IMG/VR virus record: IMGVR_UViG_3300028805_002025
Location: 128,001 to 192,000 of that record
Length of the DNA stretch: 64,000 nt
Origin: a virus
Lineage: Duplodnaviria; Caudoviricetes
Direction: 5' to 3' (one strand)
The notes under the pieces are model-generated. The model was not told where the DNA came from. It searched no databases and was given only the letters and a program-made list of their open reading frames with translations. Shown in pieces: positions 1 to 8,132 of the stretch. Both the position numbers and the translations under genes were made by a program. Each line of letters starts with the position of its first letter. The stretch's first letter is position 1.

Positions 1-155
1 GCCTGTCTTGTCTGTCTACTTCTCTCACGTAGGTTATCCCTTTCCCATGAGAATAGGGAATCCTTCTGTTCCTCACAAAGTGCTCCGTAAGCTGCTTCTT
101 TAGCCTCCTTACGCATCTTGCAGCGTCTTATTATTCCTTGTATAAACTTCAACAT
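1..155 (-). CDS. hypothetical protein, runs off window start
   Basis: ATG at 155 just downstream of the promoter at 180-229; open to position 1 (MLKFIQGIIRRCKMRKEAKE...). Confidence 0.6.
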   Translation of the reverse strand, partial: MLKFIQGIIRRCKMRKEAKEAAYGALCEEQKDSLFSWERDNLRERSRQTRQ

Positions 156-179
156 ATCTGAAACATTTTTAATTTCACA

Positions 180-229
180 TGCAAAGATAAACAAAAAAAG
201 TGAGATAACCAAAATTATCCCACTTTTTT
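180..229 (-). promoter_or_regulatory. fused intrinsic terminator / Bacteroidota sigma-A promoter
   Basis: minus strand GTGGGATAA-TTTTGG-TTATCTCAC-T7-GTT-TATCTTTG; -33 TTTG in the loop, 20 nt spacer, -7 TAnnTTTG. Confidence 0.8.
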
Positions 230-243
230 AAGCATTTTTAACA

Positions 244-2286
244 TCAGAAGAAGTACTTCACCGAAGCAAAGAAGTTGGTCGGTGCATCCTGCATGTAAAG
301 TGGCTTTCCAGTGTTCGACAACACACCTGTCTGCATATTGTCCCTGTTGGTGATGTTGTTGATGTGGGCACTGATAAGGAACTTATCCACCTTCAAGCTG
401 CCATACACATTCAATTGCCACCAGTCTGGAACTCTGGAGTCATTGTTCATGTCGAGGTACATATGGCTGCGATACTTGTACTCAATACCAGCAGACCACT
501 TCTTCTCACGCCACTCAACACCCTGGTTAAAAATACATCCTGGAGTCAGCACGTGGGTCTTAGTGCCATAGGTCTCAGTCTTAACCTTGTTACTCGAATA
601 AGAGGAATTGTTGATGAAGTGGAGCTTGTCAACTGGCTCGTAGTCAAAATACAGCTCAATACCCATACGATGACTGTCATCAGCCTTCTCATGCTCTGGG
701 AGACCGTTCAGACCAAGTGTACCAGTAAGTGAACGCTCGTTCTCAAACAACATGGCAAACAGGTTAAGGTTGGCACTAAATCGCTTCGTTGCAATGTTCC
801 ATCCAAGCTCAAAGTCATTGGAGGCCTCTGCATCAGTCGTTGTAAGCGCACCAGGATACCACTCATTACCACCGAACATATCAGTTCGTGTCGGTTCACG
901 GTTGGCTCGTGCGTACTTCAAGTAAACCTCATTGTGACGACCAATCTTGTAGCTTGCATCAGCACCGAAGTTAAGGAAATTCCACTTGGTGTCCTCGTCA
1001 AACTCAACCAGCGGGTTCATAAGGTCACGATACCAGAAGTTAACACCACGATACTGCGCATTGGCTGACAATGTGAGGTTTCCAAACGACTTCTTGGCGT
1101 TCAAGAACACCTCATAGTCCATCTTGTGACCACGATTATCGTAGTACTCAGCAGGGTCGATGTTACGTGCCTTGTCGATATTACGGTCATCAAGATAGTG
1201 CTCACGCTCGAACTTGTAGATATTAGTACCAAGGGTGATAGAACCATCGTTGATGTAGTAACGTGCTGCTGCATTGCCACCGTACATGTGCTGCTTGAGA
1301 CCGTAATTGTAGAGCATACCTGTCTCCATAGGCTCTTCACAGAGGCGAAGCATGTAGTTATCAAGGTCAAAACGATACTCACCCATCAGCATGTTCCAGT
1401 AGAGTGAAGAGGTAAACAGAATCTTCTCACCAAGCCAACTGTTATACGTCAGCTTATTAACGGTCTGGAAGAAATTGTCATCCTCGTCCTTGCTACAGCC
1501 ATTGAGGTGTCGGTTCTTCTCAAGGTCTTCCATAGAGACACCGATATAACCCTGTCCATTGGTATGGTAACCAGTAATCGATAACAGGTCAACCCAACTC
1601 TTCTCATTGATGAAGTAACCCAGCTTGAAGCCAAGTGATTGTGAGTTGTTCTGACTGTGCTCACGATAGCCATCAGTATGTGACAATGTACCACGCACAT
1701 GTAATGCCCACTTACCCATGAGTCCTGTGTTGATGTTTACAGATGTCTTGGCTGATGCGAAGCTACCTGCACCGAACTCAGCATAGGATGTGGTGTTCTT
1801 CAACAGGTCTACAGAGCTGATGTTGATACTTCCACCGTATGATGCAGTTCCTGGATTATAGGTGCTTGTACCACGCCCAACGTCAATTGTACCTGCGTCT
1901 GCCATGATGTCGGGGCTATTAGCGAAGTAGCAGCCAAAATCCTCAGCCTCATTCCAAGGCATACCGTCCAGCGTTACATTAATGCGGGTCTGGTCAAGAC
2001 CACGAATGCGGAAATAGCCGTAACCAAAGTCAGTACCGTTGTCGCTGAATGCGAAGATGGAAGGCATCTTGGCAAACAACCAAGAAGGCTCTTGACCGTA
2101 GTTGTTGGCAACAAGGTTCTTAGAGTCCACAGAACTGCCCAACATGGGGGTAGCACTCCGATAGAAGGAGGTGACGGTGAACTCGTCCAACGTCTGGTTA
2201 ATTACAGAATCTGTACTCTCGATTGTGTCAGCATAGGTCATTGTTGCCATTGCCAGACACATGAATAAACTGATAAACTTTTTCAT
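244..2286 (-). CDS. TonB-dependent outer-membrane receptor (resembles the Bacteroidota thiamine-type family)
   Basis: signal peptide, plug motif RIRGLDQTRINVTLDGMPWNEAED, GGSINI, beta-barrel strands, NNITNR motif, C-terminal Phe. Confidence 0.85.
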   Translation of the reverse strand: MKKFISLFMCLAMATMTYADTIESTDSVINQTLDEFTVTSFYRSATPMLGSSVDSKNLVANNYGQEPSWLFAKMPSIFAFSDNGTDFGYGYFRIRGLDQTRINVTLDGMPWNEAEDFGCYFANSPDIMADAGTIDVGRGTSTYNPGTASYGGSINISSVDLLKNTTSYAEFGAGSFASAKTSVNINTGLMGKWALHVRGTLSHTDGYREHSQNNSQSLGFKLGYFINEKSWVDLLSITGYHTNGQGYIGVSMEDLEKNRHLNGCSKDEDDNFFQTVNKLTYNSWLGEKILFTSSLYWNMLMGEYRFDLDNYMLRLCEEPMETGMLYNYGLKQHMYGGNAAARYYINDGSITLGTNIYKFEREHYLDDRNIDKARNIDPAEYYDNRGHKMDYEVFLNAKKSFGNLTLSANAQYRGVNFWYRDLMNPLVEFDEDTKWNFLNFGADASYKIGRHNEVYLKYARANREPTRTDMFGGNEWYPGALTTTDAEASNDFELGWNIATKRFSANLNLFAMLFENERSLTGTLGLNGLPEHEKADDSHRMGIELYFDYEPVDKLHFINNSSYSSNKVKTETYGTKTHVLTPGCIFNQGVEWREKKWSAGIEYKYRSHMYLDMNNDSRVPDWWQLNVYGSLKVDKFLISAHINNITNRDNMQTGVLSNTGKPLYMQDAPTNFFASVKYFF

Positions 2287-2609
2287 TTTCTTAAAATGTT
2301 ATTTAATGTTAAACCTTTTTCTTTCTTCTCCTTATTCTTTTCCTCCTTTAACTTCTTCCTCTCTCCCTTGGAAAGCCACCAATGGTCTCTCTCCAGTAGG
2401 ACTATATCGTCTGCATTGCTGCAAAGCCATACAAACCCCATTGCTAAGAAGACACATATCATTCCTGGTATGATAATCCACCAGAATAATATTGATGCTA
2501 TCAGATTAGCAAGAGTTATCTTGTTGTTGGCATAATACAGGAATACCAATGATACGAACGTACCAATAATCCATGATATAATCCACAATACAATTTCAAT
2601 ACCAGTCAT
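2283..2609 (-). CDS. small membrane protein
   Basis: two hydrophobic segments, basic tail, ATGA overlap with the receptor start. Confidence 0.65.
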   Translation of the reverse strand: MTGIEIVLWIISWIIGTFVSLVFLYYANNKITLANLIASILFWWIIIPGMICVFLAMGFVWLCSNADDIVLLERDHWWLSKGERKKLKEEKNKEKKEKGLTLNNILRK

Positions 2610-2613
2610 ATTA

Positions 2614-2790
2614 TTATCCTTTCTTACTTTCTTTTATTGTTTTACCACACTCTGGACAGAACTTGACCTTACCAATGACATCACCAAACATGGTGTTCTC
2701 CCCAAGATATACAAGTTGTCCAGATTCATTCATAAAAATCTTATGACCTTCTCTACCAATGGTTTTCTTTCCTTCACAAAACCTACACAT
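2614..2790 (-). CDS. small zinc-ribbon protein (not in ORF track)
   Basis: MCRFCEG...KFCPECGK, 58 aa, fills the gap between neighbours. Confidence 0.7.
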   Translation of the reverse strand: MCRFCEGKKTIGREGHKIFMNESGQLVYLGENTMFGDVIGKVKFCPECGKTIKESKKG

Positions 2791-2791
2791 A

Positions 2792-3058
2792 TTATTCTTC
2801 CTTTAAAAATATGTCAACCATACTTCTCAGACCACGCTCAAGACGATAATCCTCATATCTCAACAGGGAGTCGATGGGATTCATATCCTCAGTACCCTCA
2901 AGGATGGTGTCATTAAGGATAGCCTCCTTGTACTCCTTCCAAGTCCAAGAGTTCTTGCCTGGCATCGGTGACATCACTGCGATGGTATCCTCACCATGCT
3001 TCTTTATTTCCTTTTCTACGCTCTTGAGTAGAATCTTTTTTGCTTGCTCTCTGGTCAT
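2792..3058 (-). CDS. hypothetical protein
   Basis: 88 aa ORF tightly packed in the operon. Confidence 0.7.
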   Translation of the reverse strand: MTREQAKKILLKSVEKEIKKHGEDTIAVMSPMPGKNSWTWKEYKEAILNDTILEGTEDMNPIDSLLRYEDYRLERGLRSMVDIFLKEE

Positions 3059-3077
3059 ATTATTTTAATTTAATTTG

Positions 3078-3578
3078 TTAATCTTCATTCTTTTTTACAA
3101 ACATTGCATTGTTTTTAGCTGCCCCATACCATAAAACTAATTTATAACCATTTTTTTCATATTCTTTAGCCTCTAGCCAATCAGTTCTACCAATAATGCT
3201 ATCGTAACCAATACAATTGAAAAGTTCTTCTAGAATTCTTATTTCAGCACTGCTTGATTGCGGATAGAATCTATTCTTTAATACATTACCATCATTGTCA
3301 ACGATGCAAGAGCTACAGAAATATCCAGTTGGAAAGCTTCTAAGTACACTATACTCATCAAACTTATCCTTGTTTACAATGAACTTATATTCTGTAAATG
3401 GGTTAAACTGCAAGTCAGAAAAATGGTTCTCAACCATATCTTTAGGCAGTTCATAGTCGCATTCATCTAAATAAACACGACTCTCTTCACACCCTACCCT
3501 GTTTGACCAAAACAGAGTCTCATATGTACCGCACAATTTAAATGATTTTTCATCTTTATTAAAAGCCCAAACTAACAT
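3078..3578 (-). CDS. hypothetical protein, AT-rich
   Basis: 166 aa ORF directly downstream of promoter 3606-3655. Confidence 0.7.
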   Translation of the reverse strand: MLVWAFNKDEKSFKLCGTYETLFWSNRVGCEESRVYLDECDYELPKDMVENHFSDLQFNPFTEYKFIVNKDKFDEYSVLRSFPTGYFCSSCIVDNDGNVLKNRFYPQSSSAEIRILEELFNCIGYDSIIGRTDWLEAKEYEKNGYKLVLWYGAAKNNAMFVKKNED

Positions 3579-3605
3579 AATTCAATTATTTTTTTAATTC
3601 TATGC

Positions 3606-3655
3606 CGCAAAGATAAATAAAAAAATCGAGACTACCAAATATAGTCCCGATTTTT
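3606..3655 (-). promoter_or_regulatory. fused terminator / sigma-A promoter
   Basis: ATCGGGACTA-TATTTGG-TAGTCTCGAT-T-tract-TATCTTTG, 20 nt spacer. Confidence 0.8.
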
Positions 3656-3663
3656 AACGTTTT

Positions 3664-5379
3664 TTAAATATTCTCCTCAACCTTGAAATAATATCCCTTA
3701 AGGCGATTTCTCTTTTGGTCAATCTTGCCACTAATCCATTTATACATAGATGTAACAGCAACATTATTTTGTCTAGCAGCCTCTCTGATAGACATATATG
3801 TGACTATAACATTATTATGTAAATCCAACTTTTTTACTAATACTCCAGCATGTGTCTCTGGAGACTTCCTTTTTTTCCTAGTGTTTGAGTTATTAACGTT
3901 TTCTAGTGGCGTTACTTCTCTAAGATTCTCTAATTTATTATTCAAGGGGTTAGAATCAATATGGTCAATTTGATTACCATCCTTTACTCTGCCATTAAAA
4001 CTTTCATATACCAACTTATGAGTGTAATGTGTTTTGTGATTTCCGTTACTATCTATAAGTCCCAATGTGTAATATTGTCCATATTTAATACATTGTCTCA
4101 TAAGATGCTTTCTTTTAACTCTCTTTACGTTTCTATTTTTTTCAATTAGCGTTCGTTCTTTAGCCATAACCCTTCCAAGGTTAGATACAGAGTACAAATT
4201 CTCATACCCAATTGCATCAACCCATTTTTCTCCTGGTAAGTCATCAAAATCAAAGATAGGTGTTACACCAATAGCACCACCTCTTGCAGATAATTTAGCA
4301 CGAGTTTTATGATTGTTAAGCATATTCTCACGTATTGAGCCACCTAATCTCAGATTAGATATTCTGTTGTTTCTAACATTATTATCTATATGGTCTATTG
4401 TATGAGTATATCCAGAAGGTAGTTTAATCTTATGAAAGCTTTCATATATCTTTCTGCTAGCAGAATAAAGTTTTCCACCTAAACACACTTGACCTAAACG
4501 GCTTGCAAAACTAACACGTATTAGTCTGTCTCTAGCTTTTTCTCCATTCTTATTTTTAACACTTATATTCTTAAATCTACCTTCACTACTGCATTGATAT
4601 TGCCCTTCAAACCCTAATACATCTACCCACGTTTCTTCATCAAACTCAATAGAATCATTTTTCCATATACCATTATTCTCTATAATATTTATATCACTAG
4701 TTGGGTTAGTGTATTTTTCTAATTCATCATTTATACATTTTGGACATTTATGAGAATTAAATCTTGGAAAATCTCTACTATTTGTTGTGAAATAATCGTT
4801 GTGTTTTTTGCAAAAAATTTTTATTAAATTACTTTTATCATGATACGAATTTTCATCAACCTCATATATATCACCATATTTTTCTGATACCAATTTACAG
4901 TAATCTTCATAAGACATTCTACGTTCTTGGGTGTTTTTTTCATTTCCACATTTAGGACAACCGTAGCCAGTATATAAATTACTTGGCTTTATGAACCAAG
5001 CACCGTGTTCAACACCATTACAATCCTTTTCATGACATATAACTTTCATGTGAGTTTTACTATTAATATATTCAGCTTCTGAAAAATCATATTTAATGTT
5101 AGGAAAACGTTTATATAAACGCTCTAAAAATTTTACTTTAGTGCCACCTCTTGTTAGTTTAGAATTATTGTTACCTTTTTCCCTTCCACATTTAGGACAA
5201 GCGCAAACAGCATTATTTTTCAAGACGTTATGCGGGACGACTGTTATATCACCATGTTTAGAACAAGTCATTATTAACGGTGAATATGCGCCAGTATAGA
5301 CAGTTTTCTCAAAAGAAACTTCACCTGGAAATCTTTCTTCAACTTCTTTTATAAATTCTTCTGTTGTTTTATTTTGCAT
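3664..5379 (-). CDS. free-standing HNH homing endonuclease: Zn-finger (CxxHG...CPxC) repeats, two NUMOD4-HNH modules, C-terminal NUMOD1-like HTH
   Basis: ETWVDVLGFEGQYQCSSEGR and EKWVDAIGYENLYSVSNLGRV; IDHIDNNVRNNRISNL and IDHIDSNPLNNKLENL; YMSIREAARQ. Confidence 0.8.
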   Translation of the reverse strand: MQNKTTEEFIKEVEERFPGEVSFEKTVYTGAYSPLIMTCSKHGDITVVPHNVLKNNAVCACPKCGREKGNNNSKLTRGGTKVKFLERLYKRFPNIKYDFSEAEYINSKTHMKVICHEKDCNGVEHGAWFIKPSNLYTGYGCPKCGNEKNTQERRMSYEDYCKLVSEKYGDIYEVDENSYHDKSNLIKIFCKKHNDYFTTNSRDFPRFNSHKCPKCINDELEKYTNPTSDINIIENNGIWKNDSIEFDEETWVDVLGFEGQYQCSSEGRFKNISVKNKNGEKARDRLIRVSFASRLGQVCLGGKLYSASRKIYESFHKIKLPSGYTHTIDHIDNNVRNNRISNLRLGGSIRENMLNNHKTRAKLSARGGAIGVTPIFDFDDLPGEKWVDAIGYENLYSVSNLGRVMAKERTLIEKNRNVKRVKRKHLMRQCIKYGQYYTLGLIDSNGNHKTHYTHKLVYESFNGRVKDGNQIDHIDSNPLNNKLENLREVTPLENVNNSNTRKKRKSPETHAGVLVKKLDLHNNVIVTYMSIREAARQNNVAVTSMYKWISGKIDQKRNRLKGYYFKVEENI

Positions 5380-5400
5380 ATGTTAAAAAACGTTTATATA

Positions 5401-5450
5401 CGCAAAGATATATAAAAAAATCGAGATAAACAAATTTTATCCCGATTATT
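5401..5450 (-). promoter_or_regulatory. fused terminator / sigma-A promoter
   Basis: ATCGGGATAAA-ATTTG-TTTATCTCGAT-T-tract-TATCTTTG; near-direct repeat of 3606-3655. Confidence 0.8.
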
Positions 5451-5470
5451 TTTAATATTTTTTTAAAATT

Positions 5471-6619
5471 TTATCTCACAAACAGTCCAAGTGGTTTGTT
5501 CTTGAGTACCTTTATAAGGTTATCACTCATTTCAACCTGGTTCTTAATCAAGTTCCAAGGAAGCATTCTCTCCAGCCTTTCCTTCAACTCATTAAGCACC
5601 GTTTCCTTCTCAGACTTGCCCTGTTCAAGAAGCATGTTGTAATCCATCTGCATTTCTGCCTCTGGAATCTTCACAGCACCGCTGTACGTACCCCTAATGA
5701 TACCAAGCAGTATCTTTGCCTCCGCAACTAGCAAACGTCTTATAATCTGCTGTGTTGGGTTGTTCATAAGCTCGTACCTCATCTTATCAAGTGGAACTTG
5801 GTCTGGTGTAATGATAACATCATCCTTGTTCTCCAACATACACTCATCGGTATTTCCAGTTCCAGACACATCATAATAATAATACCACACATAACACTTT
5901 GCATATCTATTCCAACCCCAAACATCGTCTGCCGCTAAGCCACCAAATGATTGTGGAGAACCTGGGGTTGAAAGAAGGTGTACAAGGTGTGTCCCATCAG
6001 GTCCTGCCGTTACCTTGTAAGCCAAGTCTCCTCTAAGCAATGAGTTCTTATATTTCAAGTCAGCGGCCAACAGTGCAGTATCATAAACACTACCTACATA
6101 AAAACCTGTTAATCCTCCCATATAACCAACATTACCAATTTGAGAAAAACCTCCACCTATACCAGTATCCAATGCCCCAATATTGCCAAACAATGCGGCT
6201 TTTGTTGTAGAAGGTGTGACATACATAACCCTATTTATTTCACGTCCAGCTGGAATTACATATACTTGTTTACCTCTCTCAACTTGGAAAAAATCCTTCT
6301 TAAGTTCATAATGTCCTCTTTGTTGAAGACCGACTTCACGGCTAAACCAATATGAATAATCACGTGACCAATCCATTGTACGAACAGTCATTGCATATGC
6401 TAATTCACTGGCATTTTCAAATTGTATGTGGTCTTTGCTTTGAACATTCAACCACTGTGTTTCAATAACCCAATTCTGAACCTTTTCAGAATAATCACCT
6501 ATGGCAACATCCAGTAGGTCACATAATTGTTCATCTTCAAGTTGAACTGAACGAATGGGAGCACCCAAAAGTGTTCTGACAGTCCTAAACAAAGACTTAA
6601 CATCTTCAGTTAATACCAT
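5471..6619 (-). CDS. neck protein, T4 gp13-like
   Basis: LGAPIRSVQLEDEQL N-terminus and AEAKILLGIIRGTYSG...IP C-terminal motif typical of gp13-like proteins. Confidence 0.7.
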   Translation of the reverse strand: MVLTEDVKSLFRTVRTLLGAPIRSVQLEDEQLCDLLDVAIGDYSEKVQNWVIETQWLNVQSKDHIQFENASELAYAMTVRTMDWSRDYSYWFSREVGLQQRGHYELKKDFFQVERGKQVYVIPAGREINRVMYVTPSTTKAALFGNIGALDTGIGGGFSQIGNVGYMGGLTGFYVGSVYDTALLAADLKYKNSLLRGDLAYKVTAGPDGTHLVHLLSTPGSPQSFGGLAADDVWGWNRYAKCYVWYYYYDVSGTGNTDECMLENKDDVIITPDQVPLDKMRYELMNNPTQQIIRRLLVAEAKILLGIIRGTYSGAVKIPEAEMQMDYNMLLEQGKSEKETVLNELKERLERMLPWNLIKNQVEMSDNLIKVLKNKPLGLFVR

Positions 6620-7562
6620 AATTAATTATTTCCTTTAACAAATTATTCTTATTCTTATAAATATCTTCACCAGTTACGTTTTTAAACTTTGTGTAGTACA
6701 AAAGTTTAACACCATTATCATTACACTGTTTTTTCTTTATTATGTCTCTTTTAACAATTGTATTATATTCGTCTTCTCCTCCAAAACGTTCAATTGGTTT
6801 ATAATGCTGTTCACCTTGACATTCTATTGCAATATTGTAATCTGGCAAATAAAAATCCAATGATAAAGATTTATTTAGTTTTAACCAACTAAATTTCATT
6901 TGTCTTTTAAATTTCATATGATTCTTTTCCAAAAAAATAGCAACTTCTTTTTCTAATCTACTTTCATTACAAAATGGGCATCCTTGACCTTGAAGATGTT
7001 TCATAACACTTTGTTTGAATAAGCCGTGAATTGGACAAATAATAGTAATAAAACTTCTGTTATTTACATACTCTTCATTTATAAAAGGATATTGATATTT
7101 ATTTCCATGTTTTTCTTTAAACTTATCAATCAATTCATTAATTTCAAATCTATATTTATCAGATAAACGTTCATATCTGCATTTAGGACATCCGCATTTT
7201 TTATGAATATGGTTATATGGAGTTTGTTTGAATACCCCATGCTTCTTACAAACAATATTCATTTCTTTATCTATACCAGTATATTCAGATATAGAATAGT
7301 CATATTCATCACCATGAACCTCTTTACATTTTTCTATAATAAATTCTTTTGTATACTTTTTTGCATCAGATATATGTTTTCCCCTGCATTTACTGCAACC
7401 ATGATGTCTATATATGTGATGTCTTGGTGATATTTCAAAGTCTCCATGTATTTTGCAAGTAACTATAATATTTGTATCCCAATTGACAAACACTGTTTTT
7501 GAATAATCATATTCGTCGCCATATATTTCAATGGCTCTTTTTATAAAATTCTCTGTATCCAT
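6606..7562 (-). CDS. free-standing homing endonuclease: Zn-finger repeats plus PD-(D/E)xK (Vsr/Hef-like) nuclease
   Basis: three CxxHGxF...GCPxC repeats; SRLEKEV...LDFYLPDYNIAIECQGEQHY; AT-rich. Confidence 0.75.
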   Translation of the reverse strand: MDTENFIKRAIEIYGDEYDYSKTVFVNWDTNIIVTCKIHGDFEISPRHHIYRHHGCSKCRGKHISDAKKYTKEFIIEKCKEVHGDEYDYSISEYTGIDKEMNIVCKKHGVFKQTPYNHIHKKCGCPKCRYERLSDKYRFEINELIDKFKEKHGNKYQYPFINEEYVNNRSFITIICPIHGLFKQSVMKHLQGQGCPFCNESRLEKEVAIFLEKNHMKFKRQMKFSWLKLNKSLSLDFYLPDYNIAIECQGEQHYKPIERFGGEDEYNTIVKRDIIKKKQCNDNGVKLLYYTKFKNVTGEDIYKNKNNLLKEIINYGIN

Positions 7563-7579
7563 ATTATTTATTACCTATA

Positions 7580-7587
7580 TATAAATA
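7580..7587 (-). promoter_or_regulatory. putative late promoter TATTTATA
   Basis: recurrent motif about 18 nt upstream of ATG. Confidence 0.6.
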
Positions 7588-7631
7588 TTATCCGATTGGT
7601 AAAAATAATGAATGCTGGAAAAAAATGGTGA

Positions 7632-8129
7632 CTACTCTGAGTCACCATTATCCAAATCAATAACCTTAAATCCTTCCTCTTCCTTCTTCCAAATCCTTTG
7701 GTTCTCTGAACCTCTAAAGGCTAAACTAAGATTCTTCTTGTCTTCTTCAAACTTACCATCGACTATGTAATCCACATAGTCCAAAATCTCACTCATGTGT
7801 TCTGCTACATATTCAAACTTAAAACCTGTGTAAACCCAGATGTCCTTATCTGGGAACTTCTCTTTCAATTCCTTCGCAAAGGATAAAACATCTTCATATG
7901 AACATAGCGGGTCTCCCCCAGAAAAAGTAACACCTTTCAAATAAGGTATGGTAAGGAGCTTGAATATCTCCTTCTTGTCGTCATCGGTGAACTCCCTTCC
8001 ACCGTTAAAGTCCCAGGTCTCTGGGTTGTGGCATCCTTTACAGTGATGGACGCACCCAGAAACCCACACGGTGATTCTGAATCCTATTCCGTTACTAAGC
8101 TCTGGGTACGTTATCTTATTTACTCTCAT
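7632..8129 (-). CDS. nrdG: anaerobic ribonucleotide reductase activase
   Basis: CVHHCKGC radical SAM motif, NGIGFR, FSGGDP, RGSENQR; adjacent to nrdD. Confidence 0.95.
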   Translation of the reverse strand: MRVNKITYPELSNGIGFRITVWVSGCVHHCKGCHNPETWDFNGGREFTDDDKKEIFKLLTIPYLKGVTFSGGDPLCSYEDVLSFAKELKEKFPDKDIWVYTGFKFEYVAEHMSEILDYVDYIVDGKFEEDKKNLSLAFRGSENQRIWKKEEEGFKVIDLDNGDSE

Positions 8130-8132
8130 AAC

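Noticed and set aside
2287-3660. TPP or cobalamin riboswitch upstream of the TonB receptor
   Set aside because: The upstream region is filled by ORFs and I see no riboswitch core motifs.
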